64,000 nt of DNA from an uncultured Planctomycetota bacterium (GCA_963823665.1 CAWGMQ010000007.1:256001-320000); one strand, 5' to 3'. Positions 1 to 11,868 are shown, counted from the stretch's first letter. Notes: generated by a model from the sequence alone, not told the origin. Program-made: numbers and translations.

Positions 1-419
1 GTCAGCATAGTTTTTCACCCAGCTTATGTAACCGGGTGCCCAGCCGTGGACCAGGACGTAGACGTCCTTGCCGTGAAGGAGGCTCGTGTAGTCATTCACG
101 TCGACGAGCGGCTCGAATTCCTGCGTTGCGGGGTTGAAGTAACCGAGTCGCTCGATCGGCGTCAGCGTGGGCGCGGGGGTATCTTTGAGCTTGCGGGCCG
201 TCGTGACGAGGGCGGCGCCATCCGCGCTCGAGCCGTGGGCTCGCGCAGAGCGTGCGCACCGGACATCAAGACCCGTTCCTCGCACTGGAAAACATCGACG
301 TGGATGGATCTGCGGCGTCGTTTTTCCTTCGCAGTGGGCTGCAATCGATCTCGGAGCGACGGACGAAAGTTAGAGCTGACGAGAGCCGTGATGGACAACA
401 CAAGCAGGTCCTGAAGCAA
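1..419 (-). CDS. 5' part of a planctomycete-type secreted protein (LEPR-xLL-like leader, possible alpha/beta-hydrolase domain); frameshifted, runs toward window edge
   Basis: ORF 162..419 contains RRRR...FQCEERVLMS; a shifted frame over ~1-190 reads ...LHGKDVYVLVHGWAPGY, typical of lipase-like folds. Confidence 0.45.
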
Positions 420-530
420 GAAGATGGTTGTTTCCGTCGCGGATTGCCGGTGGCACGTCCGATGTGCGGGTAAACCATATTGCCACGATTCGCCGGCGGT
501 GGCAAATCATTCGGCGTGCCGGCTCGGTGT

Positions 531-1640
531 TTATTCAGTCCGGCGGCGGAAGAGCCAGGTTGCGGCTGAGAGAGTGACGATCGCGAGAATGACAAGGGGC
601 CACAGGCTGCTCTGCACGTCCTCGGCAGGCATTGCTTTCAAGAACACGCCCTTGACGATGACGATGAAATGCCGCACGGGGTTGGCGAGGGTTGCGGTCT
701 GGAGCCAGTCGGGCATGTTTTCAACCGGGCTGGCGAAGCCCGAGAGCAGGACCATCGGCACCATGACGGCGAAGGTGCCGAGGATCGCCTGCTGCTGAGT
801 GAGTGCCAGGGACGAGATGAACAAGCCGATGCCGATGACAGCCAGCAGAAACGCGGTCATCGCGGCGTAGAGGAGCCACAGGGAGCCGGAGAGCGGCACC
901 CGGAAGTAGAGCGTGGCGACGGCGACGACCAGGGAACCTTCGCCCAGGCCGATCAACATGGCAGGGACTGTCTTGCCGACGACGATCTCCGCCGGCGACA
1001 AAGGTGATACCAGCAGTTGCTCGAAGGTGCCGAGCTCGCGCTCGCGCGCCACCGAGAGCGCGGTGACCATCAGGCCTTCGAGCGCGACCAGGATCGCCAG
1101 CAGGCTGGGCACGGTGCTCCAGAGGGCATCCTGGTTGGGGTTGAACCAGACGCGAGCGACGACGGTGCTCGCGGGCGGGGGCGATGCGCCGGCCTGCGCC
1201 AGCTCGGCGTTGTATCCGTCGATGATCGCCTGGGCGTAGCCGGAGAGAATCTGGGAGGTGTTCGAGCTGCGGCCGTCCAGGATGAGCTGGACACCGGCAG
1301 GCTGGCGCGCGGCGAGCAAGCGCGAAAAGTCCTCGCGAATGTGCACGACCATGAGCACGCTCCGCGAGTCGATTGCCGGGGCGAGGTCAGAGTCGGCACT
1401 CAGGTGCTTCACGGATCGAAAGTTGGGCGAGCCCTCGAAGCGGGCGACGAGGTCGCGCGCGTAGATTCCGATATCCTGGTTCAGCACGGCGATGTTGACG
1501 TTCTTGACTTCCTGGGTGGCGGCGTACGCGAAGATCACCAGCTCGATGACCGGTGGCCCGAGGAGGATGAAGCGGCTCTTGGGGTCGCGCCAGATCGCGA
1601 GCAGCTCCTTGACGATCAGCGAGTGAATTCGCAGCCACAT
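531..1640 (-). CDS. ybhR: ABC-2 type exporter permease (YbhR-like)
   Basis: MWLRIHSLIVKELLAIWRDPKSR, ARERELGTFEQLLVSP, NPVRHF motifs; last gene of operon. Confidence 0.88.
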   Translation of the reverse strand: MWLRIHSLIVKELLAIWRDPKSRFILLGPPVIELVIFAYAATQEVKNVNIAVLNQDIGIYARDLVARFEGSPNFRSVKHLSADSDLAPAIDSRSVLMVVHIREDFSRLLAARQPAGVQLILDGRSSNTSQILSGYAQAIIDGYNAELAQAGASPPPASTVVARVWFNPNQDALWSTVPSLLAILVALEGLMVTALSVARERELGTFEQLLVSPLSPAEIVVGKTVPAMLIGLGEGSLVVAVATLYFRVPLSGSLWLLYAAMTAFLLAVIGIGLFISSLALTQQQAILGTFAVMVPMVLLSGFASPVENMPDWLQTATLANPVRHFIVIVKGVFLKAMPAEDVQSSLWPLVILAIVTLSAATWLFRRRTE

Positions 1641-1644
1641 CGAA

Positions 1645-2802
1645 CTACTCCAGCCGCACCCGGGTTTTCCGCCAGAGCGCAAAGAAGAGGGCCGCGGCCA
1701 TTCCCAGGAGCACGAGGCCGTTGGGCACGAGCACGCTCATCACGTCGCCCGCCAGGAACAGGGTCTGGAGGCTCGAGACGAAGTAGCGAGCGGGCAGCAC
1801 GTACGTCAGCAGCCGGATCGGAGGGGCCATGCTGTCGATCTCGAAGATGAATCCCGACAGCTCGAAGGCGGGCAGGAACCCCGCGATCAGCGCCGCCTGG
1901 CTGGCGGCGAACTGGTTGCGCGTGACGCTTGAGATCAACAGTCCAAGGGCCAGCATCACCGCGAGGTAGGCGGCCGAGAGGGCAACCAGCGACACGATCG
2001 AGCCGTTGAAAGGGACGCCGAGCAAGAAGACCGTGACGGACACGGAAAGCACCATGCCCGCCATTCCCAGAGCGAAATAGGGCACGACCTTGCCGATGAT
2101 CAGCTCGCCGCGGCTGATCGGAGTGGCGAGCAGGGCCTCCATCGTGCCGCGCTCCCACTCGCGGGCCACGACGAGCGAGGTCAGGAGCGTGCCGATCAAG
2201 GTGAGCACGATCGCCACCGCGCCGGGCAAGAGGGCGTAGCGGCTGTTGAAGTTGGGATTGAACCAGACGCGGGGCTCGGCGCGAATCAGGGAAGCGGCCC
2301 TGGGCCGATCGGCCAGGCTCTCGTGCGAGGTAGCCTCTTGCTCGAGCCAGTTGGCCCAGAGACCCTGGACGTAGAACTGCACGAGCCCAGCCGTGTTGGG
2401 GTCGCTGCCGTCGACCAGGACCTGGATCGGTGCCGTTTCGCCGCGGCCGAGCCGGTCGGTGAAATCCGAAGCCAGCACGACGACGCCTTTCAGCTTGCCG
2501 GAGACAAGCTCGTCCTCGACCTCCCGGCGGTCACGGGCGACGCGCACGTCGAAGTATCGCGAGTTGCGAAACGAGGCCAGCAGGCTGTTCGCCTCCGGCG
2601 TGGGTTGTTCCACGACGACGCCGACGGGCACGCGGCGCAGGTCAAGCGAAACGCCGAAGGCGAAGATGAACAGGAGCAGGAGCGGCAGCACGCCGGCGAT
2701 CATGAAGCTGCTGGGGTCGCGGAGGATCTGGATGGCCTCTTTGCGGATGAGCGCGGCGATGCGTCGCAGACTGCCGGATGAGCGATTCTCGTCCCGAATC
2801 AT
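1645..2802 (-). CDS. ybhS: ABC-2 type exporter permease (YbhS-like)
   Basis: RIAALIRKEAIQILRDPSS, AREWERGTMEALLATP, PARYFVSSLQTLFLAG. Confidence 0.88.
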   Translation of the reverse strand: MIRDENRSSGSLRRIAALIRKEAIQILRDPSSFMIAGVLPLLLLFIFAFGVSLDLRRVPVGVVVEQPTPEANSLLASFRNSRYFDVRVARDRREVEDELVSGKLKGVVVLASDFTDRLGRGETAPIQVLVDGSDPNTAGLVQFYVQGLWANWLEQEATSHESLADRPRAASLIRAEPRVWFNPNFNSRYALLPGAVAIVLTLIGTLLTSLVVAREWERGTMEALLATPISRGELIIGKVVPYFALGMAGMVLSVSVTVFLLGVPFNGSIVSLVALSAAYLAVMLALGLLISSVTRNQFAASQAALIAGFLPAFELSGFIFEIDSMAPPIRLLTYVLPARYFVSSLQTLFLAGDVMSVLVPNGLVLLGMAAALFFALWRKTRVRLE

Positions 2803-4552
2803 GGGGCGTTCTCCTCGCGGTCGGAGGCTTCGACCAGGGCGATGAAGGCATCCTCGAGCGTCGGCTCGGTTTCGCCCGCACCTTGGACCTGGGCCTTCAG
2901 CTCGTCGGGCGAGCCCTTGGCGATCAAGCGCCCGCGGTAGACCAGGCCGATGCGGTCGCAGTACTCGGCCTCGTCGAGGAAGTGCGTTGTAACCATCACC
3001 GTCACGCCGCGCTCGACCATGCCATTGATGTGCGACCAGAACTCGCGGCGCGTGAGCGGATCGACGCCGGAGGTCGGCTCGTCGAGGAAGAGGACCGGGG
3101 GGTCGTGCATGATCGCGCAGGCGAGGGCCAGTCGCTGCTTGAAGCCCAGGGGGAGCTCGCCGGAGGTCGAGTCGAGCTGGGCGCGGAGATCGAAATCGGC
3201 GACAGCCCGGTCGATCACGTCGCGGCGGCGCGGCCGCTCAAGCCGTAGACGGACGCGAAGAAATGGAGGTTCTGGCGGACGCTCAGATCGCCGTAGAGTG
3301 AGAATTTCTGGGCCATGTAGCCCAGCCGGGCGCGGGCGGTGCCGGCGGCGCGATAGAGATCCAGCCCTGCGACACGGGCTTTGCCGGCGGTCGGCCGCAA
3401 CAGGCCGCACATCATCTTGAATGTGGTGGATTTGCCGGCACCGTTAGGGCCCAGGAGGCCGAAGATCTCGCCGCGGCGGATGCGGAAGGAAATGTGGTCG
3501 GCCGCGGTGAAGCTGCCGAATTGCTTGGTCAGCTCGTCGGCTTCCACCATGGTTGCGGCGCTTTCGTTGCCGTCGCGGTTGGCGTCGGGGGTGCGCGGCG
3601 CGGGGGCGGCCCGGGCCGCCTCGGCGTGAGGGCGACCGCCCACGAGGTCAACAAAGGCATCCTCGAAGCGCGGAGGCGTGGGGCTGATCGTGACGCGATC
3701 ATCGCCGAGATCAGCGGGCCGCGGCGGTTTCGCTCCGTCTGCGAGCAGCAGGCGAACGCTCGAGCCCTGGATGACGCCGTCGATCACCTCGGGGCGGCGC
3801 TGCGCGCGGGCGAGCAGCCGCCGCCGGCCGGCGCCCGCTCCGGCCACCAGGAAGGTGCGGCCCTCCAGGCGGGCGGTCAGCTCGCGGGGCGGACCGTCGT
3901 AGAGCAGCTTCCCCTCACTGAGAAGGAGCACCTCCCTACATCGCTCGGCCTCATCGAGGTAAGCGGTGCTCCAGACCACGCCGATACCGCGGTCGACCAG
4001 CTCGTAGACCATGCGCCAGAGCTCGCGCCGGGAGATCGGGTCGACGCCGACGGACGGCTCATCGAGCAGGAGCAAGGAGGGCGTGCTGAGGAGCGAGCAC
4101 GCCAGACCGAGCTTCTGCTTCATGCCGCCGGAGAGCTTGCCGGCGAGCCGGGTGGTGAACCTCCCCAGGTCGGTGAAGGCCAGGAGGCGCTTGCAGGCAT
4201 CGTCACGTTCCCGGCCGACGACTCCGCGGAGGTCGGCGTAGAGATCGAGGTTCTGCTGAACCGAGAGATCCTCGTAGAGACCGAAGCGCTGAGGCATGTA
4301 ACTGACGGAGCGGCGAAGCAGGTTGAGCTGGGTTTTGGGGTCACAACCGCAAACGGTGAGGCGGCCGGAGTTGGGGAGGAATAATCCGGCGAAGAGACGC
4401 AGTAAGGTTGTCTTGCCGGCACCATCGGGGCCGACCAGGCCGGTGACGCCGCCGGACCGGATGCGCGCGCTCAAGTTGTCGATGGCCGGCGCGGCTGTCG
4501 CTGCGAACCGTTTGGTCAGTCCCTCGGCGACAATCAGCGTCTGGTCGTTCAT
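2799..4552 (-). CDS. ybhF: ABC transporter ATP-binding protein with two NBDs (YbhF-like); frameshift near 3230
   Basis: Walker A GPDGAGKT and [37 protein letters not shown] split across ORFs 3215..4873 and 2799..3410. Confidence 0.88.
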
Positions 4553-5721
4553 TGCTCCTCTCCGGCCGGCGGAGAGGGGAGCAAACTGCGGAGGCGTTCC
4601 CAGAGCGTGCGGGGCCGCTTGCGGTGCAAGTCGAAGGCGACGGTGACAGGCATCCCCTGGCGGAGGCCGCCGTCGGGTTTGTCGACCAGCACGCGCAGGC
4701 GATAGACCAGGTTGGTGCGCAGCTCGCGAGTCTCGACGGTTTTGGGCGTGAACTCGGCGGTCGGCGAGATGAAGCCGACCCGGGCCGGATAAGCCCGGCC
4801 GGGTTCCGAGTCGGTGGTGACACTGCGCCGGCCATGTCGGGGCGAACCAGGCCCAGGTCTCGCTCATTGACATAAGTTCGCACCCATACTGGGCGAGCCA
4901 GGGTCAGGGTGAAGACGGTTTCGCCGGGCTGCACGATGGCGCCGCGCTCGCGTGCGCGGGTGAGGATGATTCCGTCGGCCGGGGCGACCAGGTCGGCATC
5001 CGCCAGCCGGCGCTCCGACTGGATGAGCATGGCTTCCTGCTGACTGAGCGTGGCACGGCCGGCGTCAATATCTTCCTGGCGCGGGCCGATCTCGGCGAGC
5101 CGCAGGCCGGCCTGGGCAAAGTTGACATTGGCCTCGGCGGACCGGACGGCCTGACGGCGTGAGTCGACATCTTCCTTGCTCATCCCGCCGTCGGGCGCGA
5201 GCTCTTCGGCCCGTTTCAAGTTGGCCCGGGCGAGGTCGAGCGTTGCCTGGCGCTGTCGCGAGCTCGGCGCGTGCTTCGGTGATCTCCTCCGGGCGCGAGC
5301 CATGCACCAGCCGGGCCAGGTTGGCGGCGGCGTTGTCGCGGCGGGAGCGCGCCAGCAGCAGCTCGTCCGAGAAGTAGCGTTTGTCGAGCGTGGCGATGAT
5401 CTGACCGGTGCGGGCCTCGTCGCCCTCGTCGACGGCCAGGGTTTCGATTCGCCCGTCAACCTTGAATGCGAGATTGACCTGGCGGACATCGATGTTGCCC
5501 TGGAGGACGAGCTGGGCGTCTTCCTCCGCCGGTGTGTGCGAGAGGACGTACCATAGACCGCCTGCGAGCCCGATAGAAACCAATCCCGCCAGCAGGAGGA
5601 TCGTGAGGCGGCGGTGCCCCCGGCGCGGCGCTTGCTCGGGGGGGTTCTCGGGACGGGGCGCGGCTTCGGCGGCGGGGCGCCGAGGCGCATCGGGTAATTT
5701 CACCACGCTCGCGGCCGTCAT
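4549..5721 (-). CDS. ybhG: HlyD-family membrane fusion protein (YbhG-like); frameshifts near 5250 and 4800
   Basis: N-terminal [60 protein letters not shown] in consecutive frames. Confidence 0.85.
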
Positions 5722-6388
5722 GAGCGCCCCCTTTCCGATCCAGGGGCCGGCGAGGTCGCCGGCCGGTCGGCTCGCAGGCCGTGGAGGAGAAAATCGAGAT
5801 GGGCGCAGGAGCACGGCGGAGCTCATCGAGCGGCCGGTCGTCGTGCGGGCCGAGCGAGTGCTTCCAGAGCGCGGTGAATATCATCGGGCCGATCACGCAG
5901 AAGACGACATGATCGACGTCCACCGGACGAAACTCGCCGTGCTCGATGCCGCGGCGCAGAATCGCGGCGATCAGGTTGATTCCACGATGGGCGACGATAT
6001 CGAGATAAAAGCGAGCCAGCTCGGGAAAGTTGCCGGCCTCGGCGATGACCAGCTTGGGGATCACGCTCGCGGGCGAGGCGATGACGGCCTCCCAGGTTGC
6101 GATCAGGCGCTCGAGCAGGACCGGGGCGGGGATTGGCTCGGCGAGCAAGGCCTCGAGTTGATCAAGGTTCTGGGCGACCGCGCCGCGCACGACCGCCTTG
6201 AAGAGGTCTTCCTTGCTGGGATAGTAGAGGTAGATCGTTCCTTTGGTCACGCCAGCGCGGGCTGCCACATCCTCGAGCCGAGTCGCCGCAAACCCGCGAT
6301 CACGAAAGCATTCCAGCGCCGCGGCCATGATCTCGGCGGGCCGGGCCCCCTTGCGTCGCCGCCAGCGAGTTGGCGCTTCGATCGCCAT
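5718..6388 (-). CDS. TetR/AcrR family regulator; frameshift near 5820
   Basis: HTH GFAATRLEDVAARAGVTKGTIYLYYPSKEDLF; ATGA overlap with the HlyD gene. Confidence 0.88.
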
Positions 6389-6404
6389 ATGTCGCACCTC
6401 TTGT

Positions 6405-6456
6405 AAATAAATTACTGGTCAGTCAATTGCATCTTACTGACTGACGGGTAAGTAAT
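6405..6456. promoter_or_regulatory. Candidate TetR operator / promoter
   Basis: AT-rich patch with imperfect inverted repeat ATTACTGGTCAGTCA (6411-6425) / TGACTGACGGGTAAG (6438-6452) just upstream of tetR. Confidence 0.45.
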
Positions 6457-6641
6457 CAAGGTCTAGCCAGCCGGGCTCGCCGTGCGGATGGGAGCGACGT
6501 TGTAAACGATGACCTGACCCGACGCTTAGATAATCAGCCGACCGCCGCGGTGCCATGCAAGGGGCTGGTGCCGTCGCCCACCAGCCTCCGGGCTCAGCCC
6601 GGACGGCCGCCGTATGCTCCGGGCGATCGAGGAACCCAGTC

Positions 6642-9600
6642 ATGGCCGTCGATCCGCAGGTGCTAGAGCTACTCGACGAGCTCTGCGACTCCGGGTGTAC
6701 TCCGGAGGAGGTCTGCGCCGCCTGCCCCGAGCTGCTGCCCGAGGTCCGCCGTCGCTGGCTACAGATGTGCGCCGTCAAGGCGGACCTCGATGCGCTGTTG
6801 CCGGCGCCGGGGTCCGACGCCGGTCCGGGCGGCGATACCTCCGTTCCGTGGCATACCGGCGACGAGCTGCCGCAGATACCGGGCTATGAGCTGGAGGCCC
6901 TCCTCGGGCGCGGGGGCATGGGCCTGGTCTACAAGGCCCGGCACCTCCGGCTCAACCGCTTCGTCGCCGTCAAGATGCTGATCACCGGCGCCTACGCCGG
7001 GCCGGACGAGCGGGCACGGTTCCAGCGTGAAGCGGAGGCGGCGGCCAGCCTGCACCACGCCAACATCGTGCAGGTCCACGACGTGGGAGACCACCAGGGG
7101 TGGCCGTACTTCACGATGGAGCTGCTCGAGGGGGGCAGCCTGTCCCGGGCGCTGGCCGGCACGCCGCAGCCGGCCCGCCAGGCGGCCGCGCTCGTGGCCA
7201 CGCTGGCCGAGGCCGTTCAGGTCGCGCACCGAGGCGGGATCGTGCACCGCGATCTGAAGCCGGCCAACATCCTGCTGACGGCTGAGGGCACACCCAAGGT
7301 CGCCGATTTCGGGCTGGCGCGGCACTTTGAGGGAGAGCCGGCCTTTACGCTGAGCGGTACTCGGATCGGGACTCCCAGCTACATGGCCCCCGAGCAGGTC
7401 ATCGGGAAGGCGGGTACGATCGGGCCGGCCGTCGACATCTACGCACTAGGCGTTTTGCTCTACGAGATGCTCACCGGCAGGCCGCCGTTCCGAGGCGAGA
7501 GCCCGGCCGAAACCGAGCGGCAGGTCCTCAATCACGAACCGGTATCCCCCGCGCGATTGAACCCGAAGGTCCCGCGCGACCTGGAGACGATCTGTTTGAA
7601 GTGCCTGTCCAAGGAGCCGCAGCGTCGCTACGGCAGCGCCGCGGCGCTGGCTGCCGATCTGACGCGCTTCGGCGAGGGACGGCCGATCGCCGCAAGGCCC
7701 GTCAGCCATGCAGAGCGATTCTGGCGCTGGGGCCGGCGCAACCCGACGGCGGCGGCGCTCTTGGCAACGGCGCTGGCTTCGATGGGGCTCCTGAGCGCCG
7801 GCGGCGTGTGGCTCGCGCAGCAGCGAGCCCGCCACGACGCGGAGATGCGCAAAGACGTCGTCACAGCCGTGGCCCAGGCCGATAGTCTCCGCACAGGGTT
7901 CCACTTCCGCGAGGCGCGAAAGCTGCTGGAACAGGCGCGGCAGCGGCTGGAACCGGCGGAGCCCGCCGACTTGCGCAGACAGGTGGATCAGGCGCGGTCC
8001 GACCTGGAATTGGTTGAGGAATTGGACAAGGCTCGCCTACAGACCAACGCCCCCGTAAAGGGGAGGTTCGAGATAAAGTGGGCCGAGCCGCTGTACGCGG
8101 AGGCCTTCGCGAACGCGGGGTTGGGCGAGCCGGGAGACGACAGCGCGGCGGTGGCGGCACGGGTGCGGGACTCGGCGGTGTGCGCGGACATCGTCGCCTC
8201 CCTCGACGACTGGGCCAGCACGTCCTTGGATCCGGCGCGGCGGGCGTGGTTACTGGCGGTCGCCCGTGGGACAGACCCAAACCCCCTACGGGACCGCCTG
8301 CGCCAGCCGGAGTTGTGGCGGGACGGTCCCGCGCTCACGAAGCTCATCCAGGAGACAAGGCTTGTCGAGAAGGTGCGAGCTGATGAGCTATCCCCGCACT
8401 TGGCGGTCACGCTGAGCCGGATCTTGCTCCAGAACCACCAGGAGGCGGAGCCGCTGCTGACCGCAGCGCATGCGCGTCACCGGCAGGACTTCTGGCTCAA
8501 CTTCCAGTTGGGCTGGACCTTGTGCGGCTCCCGGCGGAGCGACGAGGCGCTGGGCTATTTCCGTGCGGCGATGGCGCTTCGGCCCGATGCCGCCCCGGCC
8601 TACCGCGGCGTCGGCGCGTCCCTCTTTAATATGGGTCGTGTGGATGAGGCCATCGGCTATTTTCAGCAAGCCCTCGACATGGCCCCCGACTATGCCGCGG
8701 CCCATCACGACATCGGGTCTGCCCTGGGCGAGAAGCGCCGGCTGGACGAGGCCATCGACCATTTCCGCGAAGCCATCCGGCTGCGCCCAGAGAGGTCGGC
8801 CGAGACACACACTTTACTCGCGACTGCCCTGCGAGAAAAGGGCCGGCTGGACGAGGCCATCGACCAATATCAGCAAGCCATCCGGCTGGACCCGAGCAGG
8901 TCGGCCAGGGCACACACCGGCTTGTGCGCGGCTATGTACGTCAAGGGGCGTCTTGACGACGCCATAAGTCATGCCCAGGAAGCCATCCGGCTCGACCCGA
9001 AAGGGTCCGCCCGGGCACACATCACCCTCGGCGCTTCTCTGAACGCCAACGGCCGGCCGGCCGAGGCGATCGGCCATTTCCAGGTCGCCGTCCGGCTCGA
9101 ACCCAATTTAGCCCCGGCCCACTTCAGCCTTGCGATTGTCCTGCGGGACAAGGGCCGGCTGGACGAGGCCATCGGCCACTTCGAGCGAGGTCTCGGGCTC
9201 GACCCCAACCTGGCGGTCGCCCGACGTCCGCTCTTCACGTGCCGATACGCCGCCGCCTGCGCCGCGGTCCGGGCTGCGGGTGGCGATGACGCTCGGCAGC
9301 CGCGAGTTGCTGAGGCGGAGCGAGCCGGCCTGCGCCGGCGAGCGCTCGACTGGCTGCTGGCCAACATCGAACTGACGACCGAGCTGCTCAAGCGTGGTAA
9401 GGCGGTCGATTGGTCGCTCGCTGCCTGGCAAACGGAGCCCACCCTGGCCGGCGTGCGTGACTGGGATGCGCTGGCGAAGTTGCCCGACGCCGAGCGCGAC
9501 CAGTGGCAGCGCCTCTGGGCGGACGTGGCAGCACAGGTTGCCGCCGATCCCCTGGGGCAGGGCCGGGCTCAGGCCGCCCGCCGGGAATGGGCCCGGGCCG

Positions 9601-10232
9601 CCGATGGTTACGCACGAGCCTTGAAGCACGGCCCGACGGACGACGGCAACTTCTGGTTCGAGTACGCCGCGGTGCTCCTGCTGTCCGGCGATCGCCCGGG
9701 CTACGAGAAGGCGTGTGCCCACCTTGTGGATCGGTGCGGCAAGGACAAGGGCCTGCGGCCGTACCACGTGGCCCGCGCCTGTACCCTGGCCCCCCACGCC
9801 ATCGCGGACATGTCGCTGCCGGGCCGTTTAGCCGAGAAGGAACTCCAGGCCTCCCGAGAATTCTGGTCATTGACCGAACAAGGGGCCCTGGCGTTCAGGG
9901 CCGGCCGGCTCCAGCAGGCGGTGCCGTTGTTCGAGCAGAGTCTCCAGGCCGAGCAAAAGTCGGGCCGTGCGGTGCTCAACTGGCTGTGGCTGGCCTTGAG
10001 CAATCAGCGCCTCGGGAAGGCCGAGGAGGCGCGACGCTGGCTGGAGAAGGCCCAGGTGTGGCTCGACCAGTACCATGACGGGATGCCGGCCCGGGCCGAA
10101 GAGGAGTTAGGGTTGCACTACCACAACTGGCTGGAAGCGCACGTCCTGCGCCGCGAGGCGGAAGCACTGATTCCGTCCACAGGTCCCCGAAGTGGTCCGG
10201 AAGACCGGGAAGGCGGGGTGGCACGGAAATGA
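6642..10232 (+). CDS. Ser/Thr protein kinase with TM helix and TPR repeats
   Basis: LGRGGMGLV, VAVK, HRDLKPAN, DFG, GTPSYMAPE; repeated GRLDEAIxxFxxAIRLxP units. Confidence 0.92.
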   Translation: MAVDPQVLELLDELCDSGCTPEEVCAACPELLPEVRRRWLQMCAVKADLDALLPAPGSDAGPGGDTSVPWHTGDELPQIPGYELEALLGRGGMGLVYKARHLRLNRFVAVKMLITGAYAGPDERARFQREAEAAASLHHANIVQVHDVGDHQGWPYFTMELLEGGSLSRALAGTPQPARQAAALVATLAEAVQVAHRGGIVHRDLKPANILLTAEGTPKVADFGLARHFEGEPAFTLSGTRIGTPSYMAPEQVIGKAGTIGPAVDIYALGVLLYEMLTGRPPFRGESPAETERQVLNHEPVSPARLNPKVPRDLETICLKCLSKEPQRRYGSAAALAADLTRFGEGRPIAARPVSHAERFWRWGRRNPTAAALLATALASMGLLSAGGVWLAQQRARHDAEMRKDVVTAVAQADSLRTGFHFREARKLLEQARQRLEPAEPADLRRQVDQARSDLELVEELDKARLQTNAPVKGRFEIKWAEPLYAEAFANAGLGEPGDDSAAVAARVRDSAVCADIVASLDDWASTSLDPARRAWLLAVARGTDPNPLRDRLRQPELWRDGPALTKLIQETRLVEKVRADELSPHLAVTLSRILLQNHQEAEPLLTAAHARHRQDFWLNFQLGWTLCGSRRSDEALGYFRAAMALRPDAAPAYRGVGASLFNMGRVDEAIGYFQQALDMAPDYAAAHHDIGSALGEKRRLDEAIDHFREAIRLRPERSAETHTLLATALREKGRLDEAIDQYQQAIRLDPSRSARAHTGLCAAMYVKGRLDDAISHAQEAIRLDPKGSARAHITLGASLNANGRPAEAIGHFQVAVRLEPNLAPAHFSLAIVLRDKGRLDEAIGHFERGLGLDPNLAVARRPLFTCRYAAACAAVRAAGGDDARQPRVAEAERAGLRRRALDWLLANIELTTELLKRGKAVDWSLAAWQTEPTLAGVRDWDALAKLPDAERDQWQRLWADVAAQVAADPLGQGRAQAARREWARAADGYARALKHGPTDDGNFWFEYAAVLLLSGDRPGYEKACAHLVDRCGKDKGLRPYHVARACTLAPHAIADMSLPGRLAEKELQASREFWSLTEQGALAFRAGRLQQAVPLFEQSLQAEQKSGRAVLNWLWLALSNQRLGKAEEARRWLEKAQVWLDQYHDGMPARAEEELGLHYHNWLEAHVLRREAEALIPSTGPRSGPEDREGGVARK

Positions 10233-10480
10233 ACGCCTTCTGAGGCAAGCCGATGTCTTCGACTCGCGAGGCACTGACCGCCGCCGCCGGCTATGGTGGG
10301 ACGGCGGAACCAACTCCTTTTTCAAATGCAAGAGTGACATCCTTCCGGTATTTGAAATGTGCAAAAGGTGAACCGGGGAAGAAATGGCGATGCTTGATTC
10401 GACGAAAGGGGCCGGATAACATCCAGGCTCGTTGTGGTTGTGCGCCTTGATCTTCGTGCCGAGCCAAGGAGACTGGTCCA

Positions 10481-11434
10481 ATGAACGCAGCTTCGGTGAA
10501 TCGCCGGCAGTTTCTGGAAGGCAGTCTTGCGTGCGGCGCATTGATCGGCGCGGGAGTAGCCAGGGGCGCGGTTGTGCAGGATTCTGGCAAACCGGGAGCG
10601 GGCAAGATTGGCGATTTCAAGATTTCCCTGGCGGAATGGTCGTTGCACAAGGCGCTTTTCAGCCACAAGATCGACAACCTCGACTTTCCCAAGATCGCCA
10701 AGGAAGAGTACGGGATCGAAGGGGTCGAGTTCGTGAACCAGTTCTTCAAGGACAAGGCGGATGATTCCGCGTACCTGAAGGACCTCAAGAAGCGCGCGGA
10801 TGACAACGGCGTGACGTGCGTCTTGATCATGATCGACGGCGAGGGAGATTTGAGCGCCGTCGAGCAGGAAGCGCGGATGAAAGCCGTTGAAAATCACAAG
10901 AAGTGGGTCGACGCGGCGGCGGCGCTGGGGTGCCATGCGATCCGGGTGAACACGGGTGGGCATTACAGTCCGACGGAAGTCGGGCCGGTGGCCGAGGCCT
11001 GCGGCTTGTTGACGGACCATGGCGCGAAGAGCCAGATCAAGATCATCTGCGAGAACCATGGGGGGCCTTCGAGCAACCCGGATGCGATGGTTGCCTTGAT
11101 GAAAGCCGTCAACCGGTCAGATTTCGGGACGCTGCCGGATTTCGGCAACTTTCCGCAGGAGGAGGGGAAGTACAAGATTGACATCTACGACGCGATCGCT
11201 CGGATGATGCCGTATGCCAAGGGCGTTTCGGCCAAGAGCTACGACTTCGACAGCTCGGGCAAGGAGACCAAGCTGGACTTCGCGCGGATCATGAAGATCG
11301 TGAGCGATGCGAACTATCACGGCTTCGTGGGAATCGAGTATGAAGGGAGCCGGCTGTCGGAGCCCGAGGGCATCCGCGCCACCAAGAAACTGCTCGAATC
11401 GCTGCGCGGCAGCAATTATGAGCCGAGCGCATGA
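10481..11434 (+). CDS. Sugar phosphate isomerase/epimerase (xylose-isomerase-like TIM barrel) with Tat-like signal
   Basis: NRRQFL leader; CENHGG, TLPDFGNF, GIEYEG. Confidence 0.88.
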   Translation: MNAASVNRRQFLEGSLACGALIGAGVARGAVVQDSGKPGAGKIGDFKISLAEWSLHKALFSHKIDNLDFPKIAKEEYGIEGVEFVNQFFKDKADDSAYLKDLKKRADDNGVTCVLIMIDGEGDLSAVEQEARMKAVENHKKWVDAAAALGCHAIRVNTGGHYSPTEVGPVAEACGLLTDHGAKSQIKIICENHGGPSSNPDAMVALMKAVNRSDFGTLPDFGNFPQEEGKYKIDIYDAIARMMPYAKGVSAKSYDFDSSGKETKLDFARIMKIVSDANYHGFVGIEYEGSRLSEPEGIRATKKLLESLRGSNYEPSA

Positions 11435-11460
11435 GCGCTCCCGGCGTGCATTGACGCTCG

Positions 11461-11838
11461 CTACTCCGTCATCGATCCGATAATGGCCAGGCCAACCGCA
11501 CCGGCGATCACCAGCGCGCCGATCACGACCCCGAGCGCGGGGAAAGTCTTCGACCGATCGCGCTGAAAGAGCCCGGCGATTCCCAGACCGACGCTCACCA
11601 CGGCGAGAAATATGCCACCGATGAACCCCAGAATCAGAATCGCTTCCTGGGGCGATACCTCATCCATGCCTGCCGGATCCGCCGATTCGTCGAGGAGGGC
11701 GGCGAACGCGACGACGGCAACCTCGACCAAGCCGGCAACGCACGCGATCACGAACGAGCTGATTCCCAGGACCGAGTGCTCGGGCTCGTCGTCGTCATCG
11801 TCGTCGTCGTCTTGAAATCTCGACTCGTAAGGATTCAT
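11461..11838 (-). CDS. Small membrane protein with acidic N-terminus
   Basis: Three hydrophobic helices, HSVLGISSF motif. Confidence 0.75.
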   Translation of the reverse strand: MNPYESRFQDDDDDDDDEPEHSVLGISSFVIACVAGLVEVAVVAFAALLDESADPAGMDEVSPQEAILILGFIGGIFLAVVSVGLGIAGLFQRDRSKTFPALGVVIGALVIAGAVGLAIIGSMTE

Positions 11839-11868
11839 CGGCTGGTCCGCAGTTTTGTGGGTCGTTGA

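Noticed and set aside
8700..9200. Nucleotide repeats GGCCGGCTGGACGAGGCCATCG as a DGR or mobile repeat
   Set aside because: Explained by tandem TPR coding units.
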